A stretch of DNA of 63,880 nucleotides, the filler included, from Octopus bimaculoides (Eukaryota), in assembly GCF_001194135.2 (NCBI RefSeq). It is 5 parts of 4 records of this genome, joined end to end, with 100 filler letters (N's around TTAATTAATTAA, not from the genome) between each part and the next. Parts side by side here need not be neighbours in the genome. Positions count along the whole stretch, not along the records: positions 12,127 to 42,211 come from NC_069003.1; 4 more parts are not named here. One strand, 5' to 3'. A program made the position numbers and the translations under genes. Position 1 is the first letter of the stretch, and each line of letters opens with the position of its first letter. The notes under the pieces were generated by a model. It had not been told where the DNA came from, did no database searches, and was given only the letters and a program-made list of their open reading frames with translations. Shown in pieces: positions 12,127-23,139 of this stretch.

Positions 12127-12188
12127 TGCAGTAATCATCTCTGATCTGGAAATATAAGCCCAATAATTCTAGCAAATTCTTGAAATCA
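12127..12188 (-). CDS. GGPS1: GGPP synthase exon containing the second aspartate-rich motif; truncated by the scaffold end
   Basis: Acceptor tttcctttcag ends at 12189. Phase 2 completes AGT (Ser), then DFKNLLELLGLYFQIRDDYC. Human GGPS1 has DLKPLLNTLGLFFQIRDDYA here. Confidence 0.95.
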
Positions 12189-12254
12189 CTGAAAGGAAAA
12201 TAAACATATAAAATATATTTAGAAGCTTTTATAGGAACAGGTATAATTCTGAGG

Positions 12255-12688
12255 TTTAAGAATCTTGCTTCCCAATCACGTGGTTTGGGATTCAGTCCCA
12301 TTGTATGGTACTTTGGACAAGTGTCTTTTATTATAACCCCAGGCCAACCAAAGCCTAGTGAGTGGATTTGGTAGAAGAAAACTGAAAGAAGTCCATGTAT
12401 GTATATATATATATATTCTTTTACTTGTTCCAGTCATTTGACTGTGGCCATGCTGGAGGGTTTTAGTCAAACAAATCGAACCCAGGACTTATTTTTTTAA
12501 AGCCTAGTACTTATTCTATTAGTCTCTTTTGCTGAACTGTTAAGTTACGGGGATGTAAACACACCAACACTGGTGGTTAAGCGGTAATGGGGACAAACAC
12601 ACAAACACATAGATATATACATATGTATACGACAGGCTTCTTTCAGTTTCTGCCTACCAATTCCACTCACAGGTCTTTGTTTGGCCTT
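12255..12688. mobile_element. Two SINE family A pieces in inverted orientation (plus-strand head 12255-12410; minus-strand copy 12417-12688)
   Basis: Homology to 8004-8376 on opposite strands. Confidence 0.7.
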
Positions 12689-13040
12689 GCTGTGAAAACT
12701 GTGACAGCCAGGATTTTATTTTTGCAATCCTAAATTTGTGAGCTAGTGGGTGCTTGTGCCTTATACAAAGCACTTGTGCCGGTGCCACATAAAAGCACCC
12801 AGTACCCCTGTAAAGTGGTTAGTGTTAAGGAGGGCATCCAGTCATAGAAATCATGCCAAAACAGACATGAAGACCAAGGCAGCTCTTCAGCTTGTCAGCT
12901 CTTGACAAACTGTGCAACCCATGCCAACATGGAAAATGGACATAAAATGATGATGAATTAAATTTTTTTTTTTAATTTTAGACCCACAGCAAAAAAAAAA
13001 AAAGAAAAAAAGAAATCGCTGTTGTCGCAGTTTTCACAGC
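12689..13040. mobile_element. Putative old MITE with 20-bp terminal inverted repeats, enclosing a family D SINE piece (12750-12957)
   Basis: GCTGTGAAAACTGTGACAGC versus GTTGTCGCAGTTTTCACAGC (2 mismatches). Confidence 0.4.
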
Positions 13041-13508
13041 TGTTTTTCTATGCTGGTATGGGTTAGACAAAGACTGTTGAGAGGATTCCAACCAACATCC
13101 AACAATCTATGTACCAGAGGTCAGCTGGTTGACCCTAGACCAATAGCTCCACAATAACAACAAAACGCAACAGAATCCTACTTTCAATTCTACCACCACC
13201 AGCATGGCTACTATCCCATATTAACTGCATACCACCACCACCACCATTACCACCATCACCAACAACACCAACTCCACCACCACCACTATTATCACCTCAA
13301 GCTGTCACCACTCCAAGCTGCTACCACCACCACCACCACCACTGTAGATTAGGCCTCAATACAAAATCGATAAAATCAATCATGTTTTAAGGTGTATCAT
13401 TCCAGCTTAAATGTCAAGATGACAACAGTGAGATTTGAACACACAGACACACAAGAGAAAGCAATGGCATTCCAGCATCTGTGTCAGAGATAAAAGAGAC
13501 TGACTCAC

Positions 13509-13569
13509 CTTTGGTTGGAACTGAAGAGCTGCATCAGGCGGATCGCCATGCCAAACAGACCTCCAGTTT
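13509..13569 (-). CDS. GGPS1: GGPP synthase exon (61 nt)
   Basis: ttcttgcag acceptor and gtgagt donor. Encodes (K)TGGLFGMAIRLMQLFSSNQ(S); human has KTGGLFGLAVGLMQLFS. Phases match both neighbours. Confidence 0.95.
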
Positions 13570-13619
13570 CTGCAAGAATAAAACAGAATAAGTATGAAAG
13601 GAATTTGATAAGTTGAACA

Positions 13620-14050
13620 GTTGTGGTGAGTGAGGAAAATGAATGATGAGTGAGGAAGGTTGGTGAGTGATGAGTGGGGAAGGTGAGTTGTGTGTAAAGA
13701 TGAGTAATGAGTAAGGAAGGTGAGTGACAAGTGGAGAGGGTGAGTGATAAGTGGGGAAGGTGAGTGTTGAGTGAGGAAGGGAGGTGCTGAGTGAGTTGTG
13801 TGTAAAGATGAGTGAAGAGTGAGGAAGGTGAGTGACAAGTGGAGTGGGTGAGTAGTAAGAGAAAATGATGAGTTATGACTGAGGAAGATGAATGGGGAAA
13901 GTGAGTGTTGAGTGAGGAAGAGGAGGATGAAATGATGAGTGAAGAAGACAAGAGATGAGTAAAGAAGCTGGTTAGTGAGTGAGGAAAGTGAGTTATGAGT
14001 AATGAAAATAATGGCAGTGACGATGATGAGAAAAAAGTGAGGAAGATATA
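13620..14050. repeat. Degenerate purine-rich minisatellite (TGAGTGAGGAAGG-like units) in a GGPS1 intron
   Basis: Recurrent GGAAGGTGAGTG/GTGAGTGATGAG motifs and almost no C on the plus strand. Confidence 0.75.
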
Positions 14051-14344
14051 GTATATGAATATGTGTGATATCACACAATGGTTGTAAACATTACTGCCAC
14101 ATAAAAGGTGACATTTGTTTGCAATTTGCTGTGAAAGCAAGTGTTCAGCTTTGGTGCTGTTTTGTGTCCAAAGGACTTGGGGGGGGGGGGAATATTACGT
14201 AGCTTGGAAACAAATAAGGAATGGTGATAGGAAGAGGATCCTGCCATACAAAATCTGCCTCAATAAATTTTGCCTAACTCACGCAAGCATGGAAGAATGG
14301 CTGGCCATTAAACAACAATAATAATAATAATAATAATAATATTT

Positions 14345-14678
14345 TTCTTTTTTACTTGTTTCAGTCATTGAACTGCTGCCATACTGGAGCACCACCTTAA
14401 ACAGTTTAGTCAAACAAATCAATCTCGGTATTTGTTATCCATTTTTTTAAAGCGTGAGATTTGTATTGGTCTCTTTTTGCAAACAGGGACATAAATAAAC
14501 AAACACCGGATGTCAAATGGTGGGGATAAACACACACACATACACATATGATAGGCTTCTTTCAGTTTCCATTTACCAAACCCATTCGCAAAGCTTTGGT
14601 TGGCCTGAGACTGGTAAACAACACTTGTCCCAAATGCCACACAGTAGTATCGAACCCAGAACTACATGGCTGGAAACT

Positions 14679-14680
<2 letters not shown>
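14345..14680 (-). mobile_element. SINE family A copy (diverged)
   Basis: Reverse-complement homology to 8004-8376. Confidence 0.7.
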
Positions 14681-14710
<30 letters not shown>

Positions 14711-14822
14711 TCCTTCTTCTCCATGTTTGAAAAGGTCAGACAAAATTGTTGAGGCAGATTTTCTAGTTTTCTGAAAAGTAATAAGTAAAAAAGGGCAACA
14801 AGAAAAACTAAATATGTCTTAC

Positions 14823-14924
14823 TGCGAATGACCATGGCTTTATATTCTTCCTCAGTTGGACAGTGGACAGCATCACGCCAATAAATATCCATTCCCTGAC
14901 CACGATGTAACTCCAGCATTTGTT
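14823..14924 (-). CDS. GGPS1: GGPP synthase exon (102 nt)
   Basis: tttctcag acceptor and gtaaga donor. Encodes (x)[33 protein letters not shown](K); human has [35 protein letters not shown]. Confidence 0.97.
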
Positions 14925-15264
14925 CTGAGAAATAGAATAATATTTATACTTAAATATTTCTTTCACATGTGCAAATTGTGTATGTGTGTACTTGTAAGCG
15001 TATGTGTATATCTGTATATGTGTGTATCTGTGCCTGTGTGCATATTTCATATAAGTGTGTATGCACATATATGTGTATTATATATCTTTAACGAATATAT
15101 AGCTCCAATTTTCAATAGTATTTCAGTAATGTTTGCTGTTGAAATACGATATCGTTTAACGTCCGCTTTATATATATATAAAACATATGTACATACATAC
15201 ACAAAGACAGACAGCCTAATAGATAGATATACATACATATCAATATATAATTCACATATACATT

Positions 15265-15480
15265 CTTTTACATGTTTCAGTCAGTTGACTGTGGCCATGC
15301 TGGAGCACCACCTTAAAGGGTTTTAGTTGAAGAAATCGACCACAGGACTTAGTCTTTGTAAGCCTAGTACTTATTCTATCAGTCTCTTTTGCCAAACTGG
15401 TAAGTTACGGGGATATAAGCACACCAGCATCAGTTGTCAAGCGATGGTGGGGGACAAACAGACACAAACACATAAATACA
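15265..15480 (-). mobile_element. SINE family A 3' half
   Basis: Reverse-complement homology to 8190-8376. Confidence 0.75.
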
Positions 15481-15711
15481 TATATATATTATTCAAAAGA
15501 ATTCCAACTCTGTCTGTTTTTTATGTTTTATTTATATTCTTATAATATTAATGTAGGATATAGTATATATAGTAGGTATAGTAAAATGAAATGAAGTATT
15601 GATTGTCTTGAATAAATGAAATATTGAATACTAAATATTAAAGGACTAGTAGACTTTCTTGCATTTTAGCAATCTTCAAGGTCCCATGTTGTGACAGGAA
15701 TGTTTCAACTG

Positions 15712-15751
<40 letters not shown>

Positions 15752-15901
15752 CAGGCTTCTTTCAGTTTCAGTCTACCAAATCCACTCACAAGGCTTTAGT
15801 TGGCCTGAGGCTATGCCATGCGCAGTGGGACTGAACCTGGAACCATGTTGTTGGTAAGCAAGCTTCTTAACACACACACACATAATGTTATAATAAAAAC
15901 T

Positions 15902-16512
15902 ACACAAATCTTGTTAAATACAGCTACCTAGGGTTTCTTGGTCAAAATAAAAATTTACTTCACCATTTATCAAGCTGAGAACAAGACTGTTTCTCAACTG
16001 TCTTTTGAGCAGGTAACGATTAAACAACAGACGCTGATAAAGAAGAAAACAAAAAGAAAAACTCAAGGGAGATAACCAACGTTACAATAATTCAATCTTA
16101 AGCAAACATGAACAAGATGTTAATGGTGTTTAAGAGTCCAGAGGTCTACTTTTAAATTCCAGCAAGATGTATTTCTTCAAATGCAGACATACAGACATTC
16201 ATCGAAAGTTGTCAAGCTTTTTAAGAGATACTGAACATTTTTTGGGCTCGTTAATATAGGATCTGGTTTTGAAGAGGATTTTCCATTTGATGTCGAAACT
16301 GGTCCAATCATTTTTAAGTTCTAAATTAATGCTGAAAATGTCGTGGAATATCTCTTATCACAGTACCTAAAATTCAAAAGATGGTTGTTTAAATGTGATC
16401 TACTCAAAAGACAACTGATAAACAGTTTTGTTCTCAGTTTTATAAATGGCGAAATAGATTTTTATTTCAACCAGGAAAGTCCGGGTAGCTTGTGTTTAAC
16501 AAGATTTGTGTG
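15902..16512. mobile_element. Old MITE/foldback with ~110-bp diverged inverted arms
   Basis: 15902-16012 is the reverse complement of 16400-16512 at roughly 80% identity by eye. Confidence 0.7.
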
Positions 16513-16778
16513 TGTGTGTGTGTGTGTTTTTCATTATAACATCATCTCTACTCTCTTAGCTAATCAAGTGTTTTTCTACTTGTTGAAGAATTACCACAAA
16601 ATTATATATATATTCTTAATAAAAAAGTATACATATACTCATATTCTGAGTTCTATTTTGCCTGTTTGCATCACCATAATCTGTATATATATATATATAT
16701 ATATTTATGTGTGTGTATATATATATGTATATATGTATATACGTGTATGTATGTATCTCTCTCTCTCTCTCTCTATAC

Positions 16779-16804
<26 letters not shown>

Positions 16805-16809
<5 letters not shown>

Positions 16810-17025
16810 TTTACTTGTTTCAGTCATTTGACTGCGACCATGCTGGAACGCTGCCTTTAGTCAAGCAAATTGACCCCCAGGACTTATTTTTTGTAAGCCT
16901 AGTACTTATTCTATCGGCCTCTTTTGCTGAACCGCTAAGTTACGGGGACATAAATACACCAGCATCGATTGTCAAGTGATGTTGTGGGGACAAACACAGA
17001 CAAATAAACATATACATACACATAC

Positions 17026-17030
<5 letters not shown>
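16805..17030 (-). mobile_element. SINE family A 3' half
   Basis: Reverse-complement homology to 8190-8376. Confidence 0.8.
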
Positions 17031-17070
<40 letters not shown>

Positions 17071-17909
17071 CATAAATATATAGGGATTGACAGTAACCTG
17101 CTTCTCCAACATACTGAGAATTCAGAAATAGCAGTCAAAGAACTACTGATTTCAAAACTACAAATTATTACTCCAGATTGATAGCGATATTTTTGATACA
17201 CACAGAACTTACTGGCCGATAAATTTCTTAACGTCTTCTTCACGTGGTATTGATGTTCACATGGTCAAAATTAACGTGAGTTATTTAGACATTAACAAAT
17301 TTATTAGAATATTTAGCTGAAGATCAGAATAGAGTATTATGTACTCTTAACTGTGAAACAATTGTACTAAATTAACTAANNNNNNNNNNNNNNNNNNNNN
17401 NNNNNNNNNNNNNNNNNNNNNNNNNNNNNNNNNNNNNNNNNNNNNNNNNNNNNNNNNNNNNNNNNNNNNNNNNNNNNNNNNNNNNNNNNNNNNNNNNNNN
17501 NNNNNNNNNNNNNNNNNNNNNNNNNNNNNNNNNNNNNNNNNNNNNNNNNNNNNNNNNNNNNNNNNNNNNNNNNNNNNNNNNNNNNNNNNNNNNNNNNNNN
17601 NNNNNNNNNNNNNNNNNNNNNNNNNNNNNNNNNNNNNNNNNNNNNNNNNNNNNNNNNNNNNNNNNNNNNNNNNNNNNNNNNNNNNNNNNNNNNNNNNNNN
17701 NNNNNNNNNNNNNNNNNNNNNNNNNNNNNNNNNNNNNNNNNNNNNNNNNNNNNNNNNNNNNNNNNNNNNNNNNNNNNNNNNNNNNNNNNNNNNNNNNNNN
17801 NNNNNNNNNNNNNNNNNNNNNNNNNNNNNNNNNNNNNNNNNNNNNNNNNNNNNNNNNNNNNNNNNNNNNNNNNNNNNNNNNNNNNNNNNNNNNNNNNNNN
17901 NNNNNNNNN

Positions 17910-18412
17910 GAAACTGAAAATGCACTGAGAATAGTTAAAATATTTTTTATTAAAATATTTGAAGCTTTAACCGGTTTCACAGTTTACACTGATTCTCAAA
18001 AAGTTCAAATAGAAAGACGTGGCTTATGTTGCAGCTGTAGTGTTTGAAGTCTGCTCTGTTTTTATAGGGAGTTCATGGCTAAGATTAGTATATATGTTTT
18101 GAATAAGATTTGAACCATGTCAGCCTTAACTTACAACACTAAAACACTGTCACTTGATACTAACACACAGACCAGTCATGTGACTATTCTCTACCAATCA
18201 AATCCTATTCAAAATATATACTAATTTCAGCCATGAACTCCCTATAAAAACAGGGTAAACTTCAAACACTAGTCAGAAGCAAGATAGCTGCAACATAAGC
18301 CATGTCTTTCTATTTGAACTTTTCGAAAATCAGTGTAAACTGTGAAACCAGTTAAAGCTTCAAATATTTTAATTAAAAATATTTTAACTATTCTCAGTGC
18401 ATTTTCAACTTC
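17910..18412. mobile_element. Foldback element with ~200-bp inverted arms and an ~84-bp spacer
   Basis: 17910-18113 is the reverse complement of 18198-18412. The ORF track gives the same peptide (MKPVKASNILIKNILTILSAFS) on both strands. Confidence 0.85.
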
Positions 18413-19451
18413 TATTTTTCCTATATTTTTACCCATGTGGAATAAAATAACTTCCTTTTCCATATATNNNNNNNNNNNNNNNNNNNNNNNNNNNNNNNNN
18501 NNNNNNNNNNNNNNNNNNNNNNNNNNNNNNNNNNNNNNNNNNNNNNNNNNNNNNNNNNNNNNNNNNNNNNNNNNNNNNNNNNNNNNNNNNNNNNNNNNNN
18601 NNNNNNNNNNNNNNNNNNNNNNNNNNNNNNNNNNNNNNNNNNNNNNNNNNNNNNNNNNNNNNNNNNNNNNNNNNNNNNNNNNNNNNNNNNNNNNNNNNNN
18701 NNNNNNNNNNNNNNNNNNNNNNNNNNNNNNNNNNNNNNNNNNNNNNNNNNNNNNNNNNNNNNNNNNNNNNNNNNNNNNNNNNNNNNNNNNNNNNNNNNNN
18801 NNNNNNNNNNNNNNNNNNNNNNNNNNNNNNNNNNNNNNNNNNNNNNNNNNNNNNNNNNNNNNNNNNNNNNNNNNNNNNNNNNNNNNNNNNNNNNNNNNNN
18901 NNNNNNNNNNNNNNNNNNNNNNNNNNNNNNNNNNNNNNNNNNNNNNNNNNNNNNNNNNNNNNNNNNNNNNNNNNNNNNNNNNNNNNNNNNNNNNNNNNNN
19001 NNNNNNNNNNNNNNNNNNNNNNNNNNNNNNNNNNNNNNNNNNNNNNNNNNNNNNNNNNNNNNNNNNNNNNNNNNNNNNNNNNNNNNNNNNNNNNNNNNNN
19101 NNNNNNNNNNNNNNNNNNNNNNNNNNNNNNNNNNNNNNNNNNNNNNNNNNNNNNNNNNNNNNNNNNNNNNNNNNNNNNNNNNNNNNNNNNNNNNNNNNNN
19201 NNNNNNNNNNNNNNNNNNNNNNNNNNNNNNNNNNNNNNNNNNNNNNNNNNNNNNNNNNNNNNNNNNNNNNNNNNNNNNNNNNNNNNNNNNNNNNNNNNNN
19301 NNNNNNNNNNNNNNNNNNNNNNNNNNNNNNNNNNNNNNNNNNNNNNNNNNNNNNNNNNNNNNNNNNNNNNNNNNNNNNNNNNNNNNNNNNNNNNNNNNNN
19401 NNNNNNNNNNNNNNNNNNNNNNNNNNNNNNNNNNNNNNNNNNNNNNNNNNN

Positions 19452-19728
19452 TGGATGGATTCAAATGAAACTTTCAGGGATGTTTGGCCTTATGACAGGC
19501 ACAAACCAATTAGATTTTGGGATCAATCTGGTACTGGACAAGGATTCCGGATTATTTTTCCAGTTATTTTACTTAATTTTTGAGAGTGGTTAGGTTCATT
19601 TTTAGTATTCTCGTTTGTGAGAGCAGTTGAGTTTATTTCAGATATTCTCATTTTGAAAATCATCTCTGGTTAATCGTTGAGAGGACATTGGTGTTGCCTT
19701 GGTGGAGGTTTGCGCTCTCTGAGTGCTC

Positions 19729-19730
<2 letters not shown>
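19452..19730. repeat. Interspersed repeat fragment (unclassified), left end hidden in a gap
   Basis: Non-coding and abuts an (ATT)n array. There is no second copy in the window, so repeat status is inferred. Confidence 0.3.
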
Positions 19731-19765
<35 letters not shown>

Positions 19766-20324
19766 TGAATGAGAGAGCAGTGTATGCCATCAAAGTGACA
19801 CTGGCATACAAATATACAAAGCCCAATATACCCATCATGACTACCCGTATGATAAGGGTACACCAGGCACATGCATCACAATCATATGTGTGTGACATGG
19901 TGATCTCATACCAAGATAAACAGTGTATGACCTTGCAAATGGGGCCCGGTCAGAATTTTCTTCAGGTCTAATAGGCCATCCCACTCAAAAGGTCCCTGAA
20001 TAAAGGTTGTTTTAAGGATCATGAAAAAAACACCCAAGCCTCCAGAGGTGAATTATTCAAACTCCACAGAACTCCTCTCTACATATGGCTATGATGCTCC
20101 CCTACTACTTCTGCTTTTGATCAGAGAAGTACATATTGTCAGCCACTAAGGGACATGCTCAACTTGTTGAGGTCAAACAACTGACAAGCAAATCTGGGGT
20201 ATTGAGCAGAATATTTGCTGTAGCCCATCTTTTATACCAAGACAAAACATATACACGATAACATTTCCAAGCAAGCTAAGATCAAAAGCCATGAGAGCTC
20301 CTGCCTGGTACTGCATCAGGGCAT

Positions 20325-20326
<2 letters not shown>
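19766..20326 (-). mobile_element. ~560-bp retroposon-like element flanked on both sides by (ATT)n
   Basis: Homologous to the 5'-truncated copies at 49368-49620 and 51076-51141. Ends in (AAT)n on the minus strand. No A/B box was recognised. Confidence 0.65.
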
Positions 20327-20355
<29 letters not shown>

Positions 20356-20374
20356 TATTATTATTATTATTTAA

Positions 20375-20585
20375 GGTGGTGTGCTGACAGAATCATTAGC
20401 AGGCCAGGCAAAATGCTCAGCAGCATTTTGTCTGTCTTGGCGTTTTCAGTTCAAATTTCACCGAAGTCTACTTTGCCTTTCATCCTTTTGGGGTCGATAA
20501 ATTAAGTACCAGTAGAACGCTAGGGTCAATGTAATCGACTCATCCCCACCTCCCCCAAGCTGCCCTCATAGCAAAAATTTGAAAT
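20375..20585 (+). mobile_element. tRNA-related SINE, family C
   Basis: Homologous to 60638-60853 (GGCGG...GCTGGCAGAATCGTTAGC...TGAGTTCAAATT...GTCGATAAATTAAGTACCAG). Confidence 0.75.
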
Positions 20586-21158
20586 TATTATCATCATAAT
20601 TATTATTATTATTATTNNNNNNNNNNNNNNNNNNNNNNNNNNNNNNNNNNNNNNNNNNNNNNNNNNNNNNNNNNNNNNNNNNNNNNNNNNNNNNNNNNNN
20701 NNNNNNNNNNNNNNNNNNNNNNNNNNNNNNNNNNNNNNNNNNNNNNNNNNNNNNNNNNNNNNNNNNNNNNNNNNNNNNNNNNNNNNNNNNNNNNNNNNNN
20801 NNNNNNNNNNNNNNNNNNNNNNNNNNNNNNNNNNNNNNNNNNNNNNNNNNNNNNNNNNNNNNNNNNNNNNNNNNNNNNNNNNNNNNNNNNNNNNNNNNNN
20901 NNNNNNNNNNNNNNNNNNNNNNNNNNNNNNNNNNNNNNNNNNNNNNNNNNNNNNNNNNNNNNNNNNNNNNNNNNNNNNAAAGGTTTTTACAGCTGGATGC
21001 CCTTCCGAACAACAACCACTTTATAGTATGGACTGGGTGCTTTTAAGTGGCACCTGCACTGACAGGGTCACCAAGTACTTGCAAGACATAAAAAAAAAAC
21101 TTTTGAGAGGGGAGGAGGTGATGACAAAAATGTTATAGTGTTATTATTATTGGTTTAC

Positions 21159-21205
21159 CTGGAATACCTCTTCTTAATTTAGAATTATCTTCTATATCAT
21201 CAATT
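21159..21205 (-). CDS. GGPS1: GGPP synthase exon with the first aspartate-rich motif (47 nt)
   Basis: attttccag acceptor and gtaaac donor. Encodes (L)IDDIEDNSKLRRGIP(V); human has LIDDIEDNSKLRRGFPV. Confidence 0.96.
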
Positions 21206-21834
21206 CTGGAAAATAGAGGGGAAAAAACAGGTGTTTCATTAAAAGATTATTAATTAGCTGATAAGATATTAATATGATAAATGATGTTAGACATTTTAAG
21301 TATCAGTTTCAGGCAGAAAATAGAAACAGGATCATACATATCAGATTTGGCAGGTTACCAAAGTCATGATTATTCAACACAACAACTGCTGTCCAAATTG
21401 CTATCAAATTAGGTACTATATGTAAATATGTGTGAACAGAGGATCTTTTCTGTTTGGTTCACACTTTTTGAAATTTTAAAATTAAGCAAAAATTTTCAAA
21501 TTTGATATATTGATGTAATTTTTCATGCTGAATCTGATGTTGTTTTCTACTTGTTCAAGAAAAATTTTAGAAAAATGTTACAGACGTTTTAAGTTTGATT
21601 ATTTTTACCCAATCAGAAAACAGGATTTGGAAGCTGGTATCTTGTGCGTGACGATAACGTTACGATGACATAACATTCAATGATGGAAGGTTTCATAAGT
21701 TTTAATGACTTTTTTTGCAAGTCTTGTAAATAATAGAAAAAGGAAAAAAACCTTGATGAAATTTCTTTTTTGTTAAACAATTAGAAAAGAGCAAACTGAA
21801 CATTAAATTACAAAAAAAACAAAAAAACTGTAGT

Positions 21835-22090
21835 TCAGTTCATGTGAACAATACATATTTTGTAGTGAAAATTCAAAAATGAAAGTTTATGATGCACTCT
21901 CAGGAGTTTGTCAACCAAATTACAAATTTTGTATCTTCTGTGCCACATAAACTTGCAGAGATATGAGTCGACCATACAACAGTGGGTACCGCAACGTTGT
22001 CTACTAGTTCGTTTTACAGAGGCCCATGTACTTTCCAGTTGTTTTGGGGTACCATCTTTCAAGTTAATAAACATTTCTGTGACTTAGTGG
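21835..22090 (-). mobile_element. Merlin (IS1016/ISXO2-type DDE) transposase C-terminal fragment
   Basis: KDGTPKQLESTWASVKR...GTHCCMVDSYLCKFMWHRRY matches the family motif TGxHTQxIESxWxxxK...LxSYLxEFMWRxxY. Confidence 0.7.
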
Positions 22091-22161
22091 TTCAGCAAAT
22101 GAACACTGATGGGATAAGTACCAGGCTTAAAACAAAAAATAACTACTGGGTTCAATTTGTT

Positions 22162-22463
22162 TGGGGTTCTCAACTATTTTTGATTATTATTTTATTCTGG
22201 TGGACCCCCNNNNNNNNNNTGTTTAAAAACTAGTTTTATAGAAACATCTTTTAAAATTCCTATTTTGTTTTTCACAACATTAACTTGTGTAGGTTGAACT
22301 ATGGAAAAGAAACCTGGCTGTTTCTTGCAATACAGACCAATACATACATCTAAAGCAAAATTCTTTCAGGGACTCTTAAAATACTATAGTGGATCCCCAA
22401 TTCACTATTTTGTTACATGGACCCACAAAAGTCTTATATGAACCCTGGTTGAGAGCCACTGGT
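22162..22463. mobile_element. hAT-type MITE remnant
   Basis: GGGGTTCTCAACT...GGTTGAGAGCCACTG termini resemble CAGTGGTTCTCAACC hAT inverted repeats. No target duplication was verified. Confidence 0.4.
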
Positions 22464-22730
22464 GGAGGTGCATGGCTTAGTGGTTAGGGTGTTGGACTCA
22501 CGATTGTAAGATTGTGGTTTCAATTCCTGGACCAGGCAATGTGTTATGTTCTTGAGCAAAACACTTCATTCCATGTTGCTCCAGTCCACTCAGCTGTAGA
22601 AATGAGTACCACTAGTGGAGGCACATCACTTAGTGGTTAGAGTGTTGGATTCACAACTGTAAGATTGTGGTTTCAATCCATGCACCTGGCATCCCACTGC
22701 TCCAGTCCACTAAGCTGTAGAAATGAGTTT
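22464..22730 (+). mobile_element. Two tandem SINE family B heads
   Basis: GTGGAGGTGCATGGCTTAGTGGTTAG...CAGCTGTAGAAATGAGT occurs twice (22464 and ~22615). Confidence 0.7.
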
Positions 22731-23015
22731 AGTCAGGAGAGGGATGGGCTCCACCAGGCTTTCTTGGCCTGGATAAGCTGCATGACTGCAGTGCCACAAC
22801 GACCCCCAAGGGGTTAAGAGACTTGTCATTGTCATTGAGAACCACTGATCTAAACCCTTCAAGGTGCCTACCACCACCACCACCACCAGCATGACCACAA
22901 TCCTGTGACTGAAACAAGTTAAAGAGAATAAAAATATAAATGAAAGTTGATTAATCAACACAAGTGACATGGTTATGACACTGACGATGTTAAAGTAGAT
23001 AAATGAATTACTCAC

Positions 23016-23101
23016 AACAAACTTGCATTGTGTAACATCTGTGTAATCTCTGAAATATTGTGTAATAAAGTGTCAGGAATGTTGAGCCAGTGATTGAAAG
23101 C
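23016..23101 (-). CDS. GGPS1: GGPP synthase exon (86 nt)
   Basis: cttttcttgttgcag acceptor and gtgagt donor. Encodes AFNHWLNIPDTLLHNISEITQMLHNASL(L); human has AFNHWLKVPEDKLQIIIEVTEMLHNASLL. This frame is absent from the ORF track. Confidence 0.96.
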
Positions 23102-23139
23102 CTGCAACAAGAAAAGGAAATGGTCAGTCTTGAGCCTTT

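Noticed and set aside
12690-12720. Minus-strand ILAVTVFTA resembling the GGPS1 AVKLFT segment
   Set aside because: Out of exon order, and it coincides with a terminal inverted repeat.
17350-17379. LVNLVQLFH as the end of the missing GGPS1 exon
   Set aside because: Weak similarity and a poor donor (gttaag). It cannot be evaluated because the upstream sequence is a gap.
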